Under the pieces are notes generated by a model. The model was not told the origin of the DNA, did not search any database, and saw only the letters and a program-made list of their open reading frames with translations. From assembly GCA_038861545.1 (NCBI GenBank), contig JAWCCZ010000001.1, positions 491,926 to 555,925 on the forward strand: 64,000 bases of DNA, in the 5' to 3' direction. The first letter of the stretch is position 1. Every line of letters starts with the position of its first letter. This document shows, piece after piece, positions 1 through 10,531 of this stretch. The DNA is from Thermofilaceae archaeon (GTDB lineage: Archaea > Thermoproteota > Thermoprotei > Thermofilales > Thermofilaceae). A program made the position numbers and the translations under genes.

Positions 1-1
1 G

Positions 2-601
2 CTAGCTATAGTGCAAGTAATCAACGGTACGCGCTACATACCCGTTATCACCTACATATATTGGAAGAACTCCAGAAGCGGGGATGGCTATTGGCTTAGC
101 ACCGAAATGGGGAAAGGTATAGCCGAGATGTTCCTATACTTCACAGCAGGTTTACAAGCCGTAGGAGGGCAAACGCGGGCAAACTGGACCTACAACTCAC
201 CTTTCCAATGGGTAGAAAATCCCTCTGTTGAGTGTTACGGGGATCCGGGTTTCATAGTCTCGCACTGGAGCGGTACTGCGAATATCGGTAGAGCAGTGAT
301 ATTGAACTGGATGGGGGTAAACCTTTTAAGGAATGTTGGAGGCTCAAGTGCTCGCTTCTGTGTAACAAAGTATGCTCCAGGTGGAACGAGACAGGGCTCA
401 GTCGAATATGCGTTCTGGCCATACGATCAAGAGAAATCCGTAAGTCAAGGACTCATATTAAGTTTCTGGAGTGTTATTTTTGATTTCAAAAAATCAGGTA
501 CAGGTTTTCTAAACCGTGACGATAATACTATGTGGCAAAACGCCTACATCTACGCTCCAATGTTCCTCGAAAAATATACTCCTACAGTCGTTAAGCCTTA
601 G
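2..601 (+). CDS. Hypothetical protein, C-terminal part (frame open to the window edge); aromatic/Gly-rich, possibly an extracellular pilus-associated protein
   Basis: No stop upstream of the GTG at 11; W/Y/G/N-rich sequence; converges on the TadC-like gene. Confidence 0.55.
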   Translation, partial: LAIVQVINGTRYIPVITYIYWKNSRSGDGYWLSTEMGKGIAEMFLYFTAGLQAVGGQTRANWTYNSPFQWVENPSVECYGDPGFIVSHWSGTANIGRAVILNWMGVNLLRNVGGSSARFCVTKYAPGGTRQGSVEYAFWPYDQEKSVSQGLILSFWSVIFDFKKSGTGFLNRDDNTMWQNAYIYAPMFLEKYTPTVVKP

Positions 602-634
602 TAGTTGTATATGGAATTGGGCCTTATTTAAAGA

Positions 635-2443
635 TTACAGCTTTGGCATTAAACCAGTGGTAACTGCTGGGGCAATGAGCATCGCTACCAGATTAGATAA
701 TGTTAGGAAAAGCGCATGCTTGAATCCGGCTGCAACTCTCTCAGAGCTGATTTTTCCTGCGGCGAGGCCCATCAAGTAGCTGTTAAGGACTACTGGAGGC
801 AGAAACATATTTATTAGCTGGGCTTCAGAAATAGTTGCACCGGCGAATTTCATTAGCGAGCCCATGAAGCTGACTATGATGAGTACTACGACAGTGATTA
901 TGATGGAGCCAACATAGGGCATTAATATTAAAGGCCTTAAAGCCCTAGCTTTTTCTTTCTCCACCTGCTCTAAGGTTTCCGCGTAGCTGGCTAACGCTTC
1001 AAGTGTCTGCGGGGTGCCTCCACCCACTTCAATGCTTTCTGTTAACAAGTACATTGAAATTAAAGCAAACCAATTTTTCATACCCCGAGAGAAACGTTCG
1101 AAAATTTTGCTTAAAGGTACTCCCCATCCAACTTGCTTGGCGATATCCTTCAGGTATAATGTAAACTTTCCGTAATCTCTATTCCTTAAATTTATAATAC
1201 ATTTTTCAGGGGACATTCCGGTTTTTCTCACCTCTACTAAATCTCTTAGGAAGCGGGTTAACCCATATTGGATACCACCGAACTTAGCGGCCGAGTGAGT
1301 TTCAATGATCATCGCAGGTAGAAGGCCAACTGACAGCGGTATTATCACACCAACCCCACTCTCATAGCCTTTCTCAAACCCTAAAGCTGTTGTCAGGAAT
1401 TTGTTTAGCATAACAAGAGGTGCAAATATGGATGAGAGGACTCCGGCTAAAGGTTGGGGAAGCATGAAGGGTAACCCCATACCTATGAATAAGATCAGCG
1501 TGAGCGGGATACCTATTGAAAAGTAGACAATATAAGCTTTAGTATCGTAAACTGGATATCTTGGTTGCATGAGATCAGCTAGGTAGATGAATAAGCCAGA
1601 CATCATCGGCATAAAAATATATGAGAACAGCATGAACTGGAACTCCCCCCCAGCGAGCCCCATTCCCGCCTGTGCGAGCGCCATGTTTACCACATACATT
1701 ACATAAATAGTCATCGAGGTGAGCAACACCATAGCCATATACGATTCCAGCAGCATCCCTATTCGTTCGCCAGCCATTCGAACCTGCGTAACCCTTTCCC
1801 GAAGCATAACTTCGGTTTGTCTCTGGAGATAGTGGACAACGTCGCCGCCAGCTCTCAGCGTGGCCGCGTAACCCAGCATTAACTGCTTGTACCCACCATG
1901 AGGTGTACGTTGAGCTCCCTCTTCAATCGCAGAAAGCGGGTCGTAGCCCATAGCACGAACCCTAAGGAAGAACCGCATTGCTTCTTTCTTAACTTCCCTG
2001 AATAAAACCGCCGGCGCCTTAGCTAGCCGCTCAAAGCTTGTGTAGGGTGAGATACCGCCAGTCGCCATCACTGTAACGTACACAGAAAGGTATGGTACCT
2101 CTAAGTCGAAGCTGCTAGTTCTATTGCTTACTTTCATTTTGGGGTATACGATCCCTATGCCAAACACTACGAAAGCGGCTAGCAGCGGGATTAGCGATGA
2201 TACCGCGATGGCCTGTATGAAGGCTAGGAAGCCGACTTGCGCTAGTAGAAGTGAGAGAGGCGTAGCTACAGCAGCCCCAGCTATAGCAGCTATAATAGAA
2301 AATAAAACAACTTTTGCAGCATAAGCCGAGGGGTACACTTTCATGTCGGCTGACACAATGTCGTTTCGCAGCCATGGGAACATCCGAGCTAGCGATTCTC
2401 CTGCCCAACTAAATAACGAGTACGCGAGGCTCTCTAAACTCAC
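635..2443 (-). CDS. Type IV pilus/T2SS-F family membrane platform protein (TadC/FlaJ-like)
   Basis: Two T2SSF-like repeats (MATGGISPYTSFERL; EVRKTGMSPEKCI...ESIEVGGG), many TM helices, divergent from the secretion ATPase. Confidence 0.9.
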   Translation of the reverse strand: MSLESLAYSLFSWAGESLARMFPWLRNDIVSADMKVYPSAYAAKVVLFSIIAAIAGAAVATPLSLLLAQVGFLAFIQAIAVSSLIPLLAAFVVFGIGIVYPKMKVSNRTSSFDLEVPYLSVYVTVMATGGISPYTSFERLAKAPAVLFREVKKEAMRFFLRVRAMGYDPLSAIEEGAQRTPHGGYKQLMLGYAATLRAGGDVVHYLQRQTEVMLRERVTQVRMAGERIGMLLESYMAMVLLTSMTIYVMYVVNMALAQAGMGLAGGEFQFMLFSYIFMPMMSGLFIYLADLMQPRYPVYDTKAYIVYFSIGIPLTLILFIGMGLPFMLPQPLAGVLSSIFAPLVMLNKFLTTALGFEKGYESGVGVIIPLSVGLLPAMIIETHSAAKFGGIQYGLTRFLRDLVEVRKTGMSPEKCIINLRNRDYGKFTLYLKDIAKQVGWGVPLSKIFERFSRGMKNWFALISMYLLTESIEVGGGTPQTLEALASYAETLEQVEKEKARALRPLILMPYVGSIIITVVVLIIVSFMGSLMKFAGATISEAQLINMFLPPVVLNSYLMGLAAGKISSERVAAGFKHALFLTLSNLVAMLIAPAVTTGLMPKL

Positions 2444-2461
2444 ACTCCTATAATGTAGTTG

Positions 2462-2567
2462 AGTTATATATTCTTCACGCTAAACTTCGCTTGAAAAGGT
2501 GATTCTGGCTATAAATCGGAGGCCGTATTGACATTGAGGCGCAGAGGACACGCTATAGTTATATATT
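2462..2567. promoter_or_regulatory. Divergent promoter region with two AGTTATATATT TATA-like boxes
   Basis: Identical 11-mer at 2462-2472 and 2557-2567, about 20-30 nt from the two divergent start codons. Confidence 0.5.
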
Positions 2568-2593
2568 ACCGACTTAACTTACATTGAGTTAGT

Positions 2594-4687
2594 GTGAGCG
2601 CCCAAGCTATTGAGAAAGAAGCTGGAGGGGGAAAAGCCAAAAAGGAGAAGGTTAAAAGTCAGAATAAAAAAGCCAAAAAGGAAAGATCTAAAAAGAAGGT
2701 TGAGGAAAAAACCGGAGAGGAGAAGGCTGGAGATGGTGTAAGTTTCCTACCGCTTAAAGAGCACTACAAAATCCTTGAAGAGTACTGGGTGGCTGAACCG
2801 TACGCTAAAGTCAAAATCGCTGAAATACCAGAGCTGGGAAATCAGCGGATGTACTTCGTCGAAGAAGTACAGCTAGCAAAGGGGGAGAAAAGCGTTCTAG
2901 GGAAGCTGATCGATATCCTGGCGGTCGAGCTTGAACCTCCAGCTTCGTTCGATGTGGATCTGAGGGAGCATATAGTCAAGGAAGCTAGGAGGCTTGCAGA
3001 GAAGTACCGGGCAGTCGCACGCGGCTTAAGCGAGGAAAGCTGGAATAGAGTGCTCTATTATGTTGAAAGAGACCTTGTCGGATATGGTCCGATAGAAGTT
3101 CTGATGCGTGACTACAAACTGGAGGATGTCTCCTGCGACGGTGTTGACAGGCCCATACACGTCTGGCACAGGGATTACGAGTCCATCCCTACGAACATCG
3201 TTTTCAGGGACAGGGACACGTTGAGAGAGTTCATTGTGAAGATCACTCACATGTCCGGGAAGCATATCTCAGCCGCTTTCCCTATTGTGGACGCTATGCT
3301 CCCTGGTAGGCACCGGCTTGCAGCAACCTACGGTGAAGAGGTATCCCCGAAGGGTAGCACGTTCACGATTAGGAAGTTCAGGGAAAGGCCTTTCTCAGTC
3401 GTCGAGCTAGTCGAAACGGGTAACATCGACTCGTGGACCGCTGCTTACCTATGGTTGATGATCGAAAATAAAATGACCGTCATGGTGATCGGAGCCACGG
3501 CCGCGGGTAAAACCACGTTCCTCAACGCAATCGCTAACTTCTTTAAGCCGGGCTTTAAGATTGTCACTATTGAGGAGACCCCTGAGCTGAACCTACCCCA
3601 CGAGAATTGGGTCCAGCTGGTTAGCAGGGAGAGTTACGGCCTCGGCGAATCAAAGGTCGGCGAGATCTCGCTTTACGACCTTGTAAGGCTCTCGCTTAGG
3701 TATAGGCCCGACTATATCATCGTCGGCGAAGTCAGGGGCTCCGAGGCTTTCGTCCTCTTCCAAGCGATGGCGACGGGGCATGGCGGTATGAGCACGATGC
3801 ATGCCGATTCACTTGAAGCCGCTGTTAGGAGGCTTACGAGCCCGCCGATGAACGTGGCACCTGCATACATTCCGGCGTTGAACGTAGCGTGCTACGTGGA
3901 GAGGACTATTCTCCCGGACGGGCGGGTCGGTAGGAGGATGAGGCACCTTTGGGAGGTAGAAGACTACCAGAAGTACAGGGAGATTGTCCGCTGGGACCCA
4001 GTTAGGGACACGCACGTGGTCGTTGGCGGCAGTACTCATGCGGGCTTTGTTGCCACGAGGTTGGGCAAAAGCGTAGACGAAGTATTCGAGGAGATCGAGC
4101 GGAGAAGACAAGTTCTCGAGTGGTTAAAGATGAAAGGCGTTAAAGATACAAAAGACGTATTCATCTGGATAAACCGCTACTACATGAACCCCAAGGAGGT
4201 GTACGAGCTAGCCCGCAGCGAGCTTGAGCAGCTCAAGGTGAAACCCGCGCCACCCATTGTAGCACCATCAGCGCCTTCAGCACACGTACCCGTAGTGGCT
4301 CCATCAGCCGCGGCGCAAGTCGCTCAACCGATCGCAAGGCCTGTTCTAGCTAAACAAACCTCAGAGGTAGATCCCCTTCAAGCGCTTCGATCTCTCCCAA
4401 GAGCAATACAGGTTAGAAGAGGGGCAGCAGCATCTGAGCCGATAATGATCAGCAAAGAGGCGCTTACAGTGCTTAAAGCTCTTGGAGGGCTGGGCGGGGT
4501 AGCGGATAGGGAAACTCTCCGCTCCTCGGCGGGGCTAGCCTACAACGTATATACTAAAGCTATCTCTGAGCTTGCGCAGAGAAGGCTTGTTGAAATTGCA
4601 GTAAGCTACTCGGGTGGATCCCCTAAAGTCAGCTACAGGTTAACGGAGCTTGGCGAAAGACAGCTTGAAGCGCTGCCACCCGAATAG
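2594..4687 (+). CDS. Type IV pilus assembly ATPase (FlaI/VirB11 family) with C-terminal Pro/Ala linker and wHTH-like domain
   Basis: Walker A GATAAGKTT, Asp box TIEETPEL, LRYRPDYIIVGEVRG, His box TGHGGMSTMH. Confidence 0.93.
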   Translation: MSAQAIEKEAGGGKAKKEKVKSQNKKAKKERSKKKVEEKTGEEKAGDGVSFLPLKEHYKILEEYWVAEPYAKVKIAEIPELGNQRMYFVEEVQLAKGEKSVLGKLIDILAVELEPPASFDVDLREHIVKEARRLAEKYRAVARGLSEESWNRVLYYVERDLVGYGPIEVLMRDYKLEDVSCDGVDRPIHVWHRDYESIPTNIVFRDRDTLREFIVKITHMSGKHISAAFPIVDAMLPGRHRLAATYGEEVSPKGSTFTIRKFRERPFSVVELVETGNIDSWTAAYLWLMIENKMTVMVIGATAAGKTTFLNAIANFFKPGFKIVTIEETPELNLPHENWVQLVSRESYGLGESKVGEISLYDLVRLSLRYRPDYIIVGEVRGSEAFVLFQAMATGHGGMSTMHADSLEAAVRRLTSPPMNVAPAYIPALNVACYVERTILPDGRVGRRMRHLWEVEDYQKYREIVRWDPVRDTHVVVGGSTHAGFVATRLGKSVDEVFEEIERRRQVLEWLKMKGVKDTKDVFIWINRYYMNPKEVYELARSELEQLKVKPAPPIVAPSAPSAHVPVVAPSAAAQVAQPIARPVLAKQTSEVDPLQALRSLPRAIQVRRGAAASEPIMISKEALTVLKALGGLGGVADRETLRSSAGLAYNVYTKAISELAQRRLVEIAVSYSGGSPKVSYRLTELGERQLEALPPE

Positions 4688-4783
4688 TACTGGTAACCGA
4701 TTACAATCATAAAAAATGTTGGTTTCCCGCTATTACATGCGAAAAATATAAATTACAGTGTTCTTCTGATATTATGAGAAGAC

Positions 4784-5239
4784 ATGATTAGGAGGAAGGC
4801 TATAAGCCCGGTTATCGCCACCGTGATTATCGTTGCAGTCACAATCGCTGTAGCGATAGCCGTAGCCTTCTGGATGACCGGCATAGTCGGATTATTCACG
4901 GCAACTGAGAGATTAGAAATCACATCCGCTTTCGTTCAGTCTACTCAAAGTGGATGGACGATTACCATGACTGTCAAAAACACAGGTACGACGCCAACAA
5001 GCATCGACTATATAGTAGTTAACGGGGTAAATCTTGAGGATCCCGCCTGTGGCGGTGTGACTCTAAGTGCAGGAACATTACCGCTGGCGATAAACCCCGG
5101 AACCGATGCGAACCTAGCCATAGATATTACTAGTGGGGGAACGTGTGGAGCTACCACGTTCTCCGCTGGAGTAAGTATTGAGTTAAAGCTTCACAGCACT
5201 GGAGGTAAAGAATACCCGAAGCTACTGGTGTTACCGTAA
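4784..5239 (+). CDS. Archaeal type IV pilin
   Basis: Class III signal peptide RRKA/ISPVIATVIIVAVTIAVAIAVAFW; VKNTG motif; downstream of the assembly ATPase. Confidence 0.9.
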   Translation: MIRRKAISPVIATVIIVAVTIAVAIAVAFWMTGIVGLFTATERLEITSAFVQSTQSGWTITMTVKNTGTTPTSIDYIVVNGVNLEDPACGGVTLSAGTLPLAINPGTDANLAIDITSGGTCGATTFSAGVSIELKLHSTGGKEYPKLLVLP

Positions 5240-5267
5240 GTTCATGTAGCTAAGATTTAAATAAAAG

Positions 5268-5281
5268 TTTTTTATTTTTTT
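5268..5281 (+). terminator. Oligo-T terminator candidate after the pilin gene
   Basis: TTTTTTATTTTTTT about 30 nt after the stop codon. Confidence 0.45.
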
Positions 5282-5482
5282 AACGATATTAACGTGGGCG
5301 GATTATTTGGTTTAACATTATTAGGGAATCGCGTTTATATAAATAGTAAATCCACCTATATGTTTGATTAAATTTACTTCAAATGCTAGGTGTACATGGG
5401 TTGACTTTTTTAAAAGTTTATCTCGTTTTTCCATGTATTTCAAACACGTTAATGCTTTAATCATGGCTTCCTTTTCCAGACT

Positions 5483-6823
5483 GTGGGGCTTAAGCGAGAA
5501 CTGGGCTTAGGGTATGCTACATTGTTCGGTGTAGGTTTAATACTGGGAGCTGGGATATACGTTTTAGTGGGTAGGGCTGCGGGTTTAGTTGGTGATGCAG
5601 TTTGGCTTAGCGTAGCTTTTTCAGGCGTTATAGCGATTTCCACAGCGCTATCGTACGCGGAGCTCGCCGGTGTTTTCCCTTACGCTTCGAGCACACACCG
5701 GTATGTTCTAGAGGCTTTTCCCGAGTGGCGGCTTCCTGCTTTCCTGGCTGCATGGATGGTATTCTTCGAAGGTGTAGCCGGCGCGGCTACAGCGGCTTTA
5801 GGTTTTGCTGGCTACTTTACACGGCTTTTAGGCTTAGGTGTACACGCGACCGTGCCAATAGCGCTAGTGCTTCTATTTTTGCTTTCACTGTTGAATTGGT
5901 TAGGAGTTAAGGAGTCAGCAGCCTTATCCGCTGTGTTTACTTTCATAGAAGCCGGAGGCTTGCTTTTCGTAGCCTTACTCGGACTCCTGCTACCAGTTCG
6001 GGAGCCAATCTATTTTTCCTTTAACCCGACGGTCGAGTCATGGACCGCGGTGTTGGTGGGCGCCGCTATATTCTACTTCGCTTACACCGGTTTCGAGTTC
6101 CAGCCAACGTTGAGCGAGGAGACTAGGAACCCGGAACGGGTAATGCCTAAAGCGATACTTGCAGCTGTAGCGGTCACAACGGTTCTCTACTTGCTGGTTA
6201 GCTTCAGTATCGTGCGTCTAATGAGTTGGGAGGAGCTTGGCTTAAGTGGTGCGCCTTTAGCGGATGCTGCTGCTAGAGTATGGGCTCCCGCTTTCCATTT
6301 GTTGATGATTATCGCGTTGTTCGCGACTACTAACACTGCGCTCGGCTTCTTGGTTACTGCTTCTAGACTCGCGTACGGGCTTGCTGAGGAGGAGGTTGTT
6401 TGGCGTGGTTTCCACTCTGTGGATAAACGTAGAGGTACTCCCAGCTTAGCGGTCATGTTCGCGGGCGTGGTTTCCGCTTTACTGTTGCTTTTAACTTGGT
6501 ATCTGCCGGAGGCTACTGGGTGGCGGTTACGCGTAGCGGGGTTCGAGTACCAGTTAATCGATTTGGTGGGGAAGACGGCCAGCTTAGCTGTATTGCTCGC
6601 CTTTCTTTTCGTGAATTCTGCGCTTATTGCGTTGAGGTTCAGGAACCCCTCTTTGGCAAGACCGTTTAAAGTCCCTCTAAGTGTTAAGCACGTACCGGTT
6701 CTTCCTTTAATGGCTAACGTTTTGATCCTAGTGTTCCTAACTGTAAGTTTTAATGATTGGATCGTATGGCTCAGCACGGTTCTAGTAACGATACTAGGCC
6801 TGCTCTTGTACAAGCGTAAATGA
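5483..6823 (+). CDS. APC family amino acid permease
   Basis: LKRELG...GLILGAGIY, SYAEL, FAYTGFE, EETRNPER, RPFKVP; about 12 TM helices. Confidence 0.92.
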   Translation: MGLKRELGLGYATLFGVGLILGAGIYVLVGRAAGLVGDAVWLSVAFSGVIAISTALSYAELAGVFPYASSTHRYVLEAFPEWRLPAFLAAWMVFFEGVAGAATAALGFAGYFTRLLGLGVHATVPIALVLLFLLSLLNWLGVKESAALSAVFTFIEAGGLLFVALLGLLLPVREPIYFSFNPTVESWTAVLVGAAIFYFAYTGFEFQPTLSEETRNPERVMPKAILAAVAVTTVLYLLVSFSIVRLMSWEELGLSGAPLADAAARVWAPAFHLLMIIALFATTNTALGFLVTASRLAYGLAEEEVVWRGFHSVDKRRGTPSLAVMFAGVVSALLLLLTWYLPEATGWRLRVAGFEYQLIDLVGKTASLAVLLAFLFVNSALIALRFRNPSLARPFKVPLSVKHVPVLPLMANVLILVFLTVSFNDWIVWLSTVLVTILGLLLYKRK

Positions 6824-7320
6824 GTTAACGTGTAAAGTTGAGTTAATTACGTCGTTTGAGTTTAAAGTTTCCTAAGCTTTATGAAATTATTTTCACATTC
6901 CAAGCTAAAACCTTTTCTAATAATCCTAGTATAGACGAGTGTAATTTATGCGAGTGTTAAAGGCTTTTTCTCAAATAATTCTCTAAACGGTTTTATTGCT
7001 AAGCTGGTTATATTCTCAAAGCCGGTCCGGTGCATAGAAAAGTTTTGTAAGATGTGAAGCAACAAGTTTCGAAGGCTTGTTTAATCCTCTTAATCTATTC
7101 GATGATAAGAGCGAGCCTTTGATGCACTTCAAGTGGAGCAGACTGTGAAGATTCTCTGTAGTACTCGTTTGCTGTTGTTCAGCTCTCTAGCACTACGATA
7201 CGCGGATATTATCTAGACTTCTCCAGCTCCTATAGAAGCTCGTTAGATAGGATGATTCAAGGGTTGAGAGTTGCTAGGTAAGTGAAAGTAAGTTTAAGTG
7301 TAACACCGTATTAGTGTCTT

Positions 7321-8058
7321 GTGCCGAAACAAACTGCGTTAGTTACAGGTAGAAGTAGATTAATTGCTTTAACTTCGCTCATGGCTTCAACAGTTTTCCT
7401 CGTTACTGCTGCTTTTTCACTTTATGTTCCGGAAACGAGAGGGTATTTTAACTTCGGAGAGTCTGCTGTTTACCTGACCTCTATTATTTTACCACCTAGT
7501 TGGGCGGCTTTGGCTAGCGGTTTCGGCTCGATGTTGGCTGACGTGTCATTGGGCTACTACCATTATGCGCCAGCGACCTTGCTTATCAAGGGTGCTGAAG
7601 CTTTCGTTGTTTCCACTTTAATGAGGAAACATCCAAAAATTTTTGCAGGAGGAAGCGTAGCCGCTAACTTACTGTTGTCGATCAGCCTTCCCCTCCTAAT
7701 AGGCTTACTCGGCCTTTCGCTTTACACGGGTACAGTTGAGCTCTCTTTCGCTTTACCTTTTACGTCCTTTGTAAGCTATGGGGCGTGGCAGCTTGCGGGT
7801 GTAGTGTGGTTAGCCGTAGCTTTAGTTTTAGGGATTTACTTGGTTTATGCTAATTTAAAGAGGATTGGTGACGCTTGGACTCTATTCTCCCTAGTGTCTG
7901 GCGGGGCTATTATGGTTTTGGGCTACTTTCTTTACGAGCAACTTATCCTCGGCGTAGCGGCTATTGCTGAAGTACCCTTTAATCTCATGCAAGTGCTGAT
8001 AGGGGTTTCCATAGTTCTTCCAGTTATGCACCAAGTTAAACAGCTATCTTCGGGCTAA
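7321..8058 (+). CDS. ECF transporter S component
   Basis: VPETRGYFNFGES, GSMLADV..GY..YAPATL.IKG.E, EVPFNLMQ. Confidence 0.85.
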   Translation: MPKQTALVTGRSRLIALTSLMASTVFLVTAAFSLYVPETRGYFNFGESAVYLTSIILPPSWAALASGFGSMLADVSLGYYHYAPATLLIKGAEAFVVSTLMRKHPKIFAGGSVAANLLLSISLPLLIGLLGLSLYTGTVELSFALPFTSFVSYGAWQLAGVVWLAVALVLGIYLVYANLKRIGDAWTLFSLVSGGAIMVLGYFLYEQLILGVAAIAEVPFNLMQVLIGVSIVLPVMHQVKQLSSG

Positions 8059-8690
8059 AACCCTAAATCCTCGTTTACTAAAATTACATGGAAATCTGTG
8101 AGGGAAGGTTTCCGCTCAACGATCACGGTAATGTTACATGCTCTTTCTGGTGAGCTACAATCCAAGCAACGGTCCAGCTTAACGCAAGGGGTTTTAAGTT
8201 TAAGCCTTTTACAGTTCATTACCGCCGCTATATTCTTAGCTCTCCACAACCCTTCCTTAACATCGCGGACCAACTTATTCTTACCAGCTACAACGATTAC
8301 GCGTTTAGGCCCGAAAATCATCGCAGCCACGCGGTTGCCAACTCCGTCAATGCTTATCAGCTTTCCATCCATCGTTACAGCGTTAACGCTGCATAGGAAA
8401 GTATCCGATGTAAGTTCTTCTCTTCTTAAATGATCGAGTACCTCTGGGGTAGCCTGCACCCAATGATGAATTACCCTGAAACTTCTCCTCTCGAGCTCCT
8501 CAATTAATTCAAGCTCTCGAATAGTAACTGAGCCCCCTATTCCAACCGTGTTCCCCTCTGGTATTAAGCTGAGTACGATACTTTTAGCCTCTTCCCGGTT
8601 TAGCGCAAGGTAGGCAGAAAAGCCGTTCAGCCTTAATGCTTCAACAGTCTTTTCTAATTGCTGCTTAGAGAACCAGCTTTTAGCCTCCAT
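8055..8690 (-). CDS. LUD domain (lactate utilisation) protein
   Basis: GIGGSVT, NAVTMDGKL..IDGVGNRVAAMIFGPK, C-terminal Cys cluster. Confidence 0.88.
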   Translation of the reverse strand: MEAKSWFSKQQLEKTVEALRLNGFSAYLALNREEAKSIVLSLIPEGNTVGIGGSVTIRELELIEELERRSFRVIHHWVQATPEVLDHLRREELTSDTFLCSVNAVTMDGKLISIDGVGNRVAAMIFGPKRVIVVAGKNKLVRDVKEGLWRAKNIAAVMNCKRLKLKTPCVKLDRCLDCSSPERACNITVIVERKPSLTDFHVILVNEDLGF

Positions 8691-8750
8691 GAGTGCTGAA
8701 CGCTTAACGGTCTAAAAAGTTAGCCTAAAAATCTGGTTTACTCCTGAAGC

Positions 8751-9104
8751 TTAATGTGAGGCAGCGATCAGCGCAACTCCCCCTATTATCAGCATTACCC
8801 CTAGAATCTTCGCCAGAGTTAAAGGTTCGCCGAAGAGTAGGTGCCCTGCAACTAACGCTAACGCGTAGTTGACGCTGATCAGAGGGTACAGCTTGCTAAG
8901 CTCCCCCTTACTTAACGCAGCTAACCAAGCTAGGGTGGATAAAGCGTATAACGAGAAACCGAGGATTACGAACTTATTGGACAGCAACTTGAGCAACGAC
9001 TCGAAGCTCAGTCGAGTATCTTTCGGTATAGCATACCTCCAAGCCAGTTGACCTGCTAAACCGAGCAGCGCCGAAATTAGCGCTAAAGCAGCGTCGCTTT
9101 TCAC
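8751..9104 (-). CDS. EamA/SMR-like (ArnE-type) small membrane transporter
   Basis: 4 TM helices, ALSKGELSKLYPLIS, LFGEPLT..KILG. Confidence 0.82.
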   Translation of the reverse strand: MKSDAALALISALLGLAGQLAWRYAIPKDTRLSFESLLKLLSNKFVILGFSLYALSTLAWLAALSKGELSKLYPLISVNYALALVAGHLLFGEPLTLAKILGVMLIIGGVALIAASH

Positions 9105-9178
9105 ACGTTTAACTCTCTAACAGCCTAAAAAAGTATCTGAATACGTTACAGCTATATCCCAGCCCGGAGGTATTAACC

Positions 9179-10468
9179 ATGCCTGAGGTCAATACAAGTA
9201 GTATTCTAAGGATTCTTAAAAACGCCGGCGTGAAAAGGTTAATGTTCATCATTACAGATATTTTCGGAAAGCCTCGTGGAGTCAGTTTCAGCATTAAAGA
9301 GTCTCTTAAGGTTTTAAAGGAGGGGTTATGCTTCGATGGATCTTCCCTACCCAAGTACGCGCCAGTCCATGAAAGCGATATACTAGCTAAACCCGACCTT
9401 TCTTCACTCTACGTAGATCCTAGCGTGCACAGCGCATGGGTTTTCTGCAGCGTGGTTGAGCCCTCTAGCGCTAAGCGAAGAGATCCCCGCTGGCTTCTAT
9501 TTAACGCAACTCAAGCTCTTAGAGAATCTAGGTTTAAGGTGAAAGTGGGGATCGAGGTCGAATTCTTCTTAGTTAAGATGAATGGAGGCGAGGTGAAGCC
9601 GGTGGACACCTGCGGCTACTTTGATATTTCAGCACCAGCGCTGAGCGTCGTAGAAGAGATAGCAAGTAAAGCCGAGCGCGCCGGCTTAGGCGCCGTTAAA
9701 GCGCACCATGAAGTTGCACCTGGTCAATACGAATGCGTTCTCCCCGCCGCAAATCCCGTGAAGGCATGTGATACGTTCTTGCTCTTTAAGGAGCTTGCCT
9801 CGACAACGGCATTATCGTATGGGCTGCGAGTTACGTTTATGCCTAAACCGTTTTGGGGCGTTAACGGTAGTGGAGCGCACGTGCATCTCAGCCTGTATAA
9901 AGATGGCGTCAATGTATTTCGGTTTAAAGGCGAGTTTTCCAGAGAAGGGTTTAGCTGCATAGCGGGTCTGCTACAGATGTCTAGATCGATAGCCGCTTTA
10001 GCTGCACCTACGGTTAACTCATACAAGAGGCTTATACCGCACCACGAGGCTCCAACTAGGATAGCATGGGGCTACGGCAACCGGACGACGCTTATCAGGG
10101 TGCCGCTCTACCAAGGCGCGGCGGAAAGGGTTGAGTTCAGACAACCAGATCCATTAATGAACCCCTACCTCACGGTTTTAACAGTCATTAAGTCCATGCT
10201 CAATGGTTTAGTTGAGAGGCTGGAGTCGCCACCTCCAGTTACAGTCTCAGCATACGAGTTAGAGGGATTAGGTGAAACCCCACGCCACTTAGGTGAGGCG
10301 GCCGACGAGTTCGCTAATACATTCAACCAGCTCGGGATCCCCACTGACCTAGCTGAACTTTACTTAAAATGTAAGAGGGAGGAGTGGAAAGAGTACTTGC
10401 AACAGTGCGGATCCTGGGAGGAGACGTGGAATAAGGTAACCAGCTGGGAGTATAGCCGCTATCTCTGA
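9179..10468 (+). CDS. glnA: Glutamine synthetase family protein (type I)
   Basis: FDGSS, GIEVEFFL, HHEVAPGQYE, FMPKP..GVNGSGAHVH, NSYKRL, NRTTLIRVP, EFRQPDP. Confidence 0.88.
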   Translation: MPEVNTSSILRILKNAGVKRLMFIITDIFGKPRGVSFSIKESLKVLKEGLCFDGSSLPKYAPVHESDILAKPDLSSLYVDPSVHSAWVFCSVVEPSSAKRRDPRWLLFNATQALRESRFKVKVGIEVEFFLVKMNGGEVKPVDTCGYFDISAPALSVVEEIASKAERAGLGAVKAHHEVAPGQYECVLPAANPVKACDTFLLFKELASTTALSYGLRVTFMPKPFWGVNGSGAHVHLSLYKDGVNVFRFKGEFSREGFSCIAGLLQMSRSIAALAAPTVNSYKRLIPHHEAPTRIAWGYGNRTTLIRVPLYQGAAERVEFRQPDPLMNPYLTVLTVIKSMLNGLVERLESPPPVTVSAYELEGLGETPRHLGEAADEFANTFNQLGIPTDLAELYLKCKREEWKEYLQQCGSWEETWNKVTSWEYSRYL

Positions 10469-10531
10469 AATTTCTACGAAAGTTCCCAGAAATGCTTTAC
10501 GAAGGGGGAAAGCGGTACATGGGCTAAAGGA

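Noticed and set aside
6187-6813. Long antisense ORFs (this 208-aa one and many shorter ones in the ORF track)
   Set aside because: They lie within well-supported genes and lack motifs; shadow ORFs
6850-7270. Possible degraded gene in the long intergenic gap
   Set aside because: Multiple stops in the frames I checked and no recognisable motif
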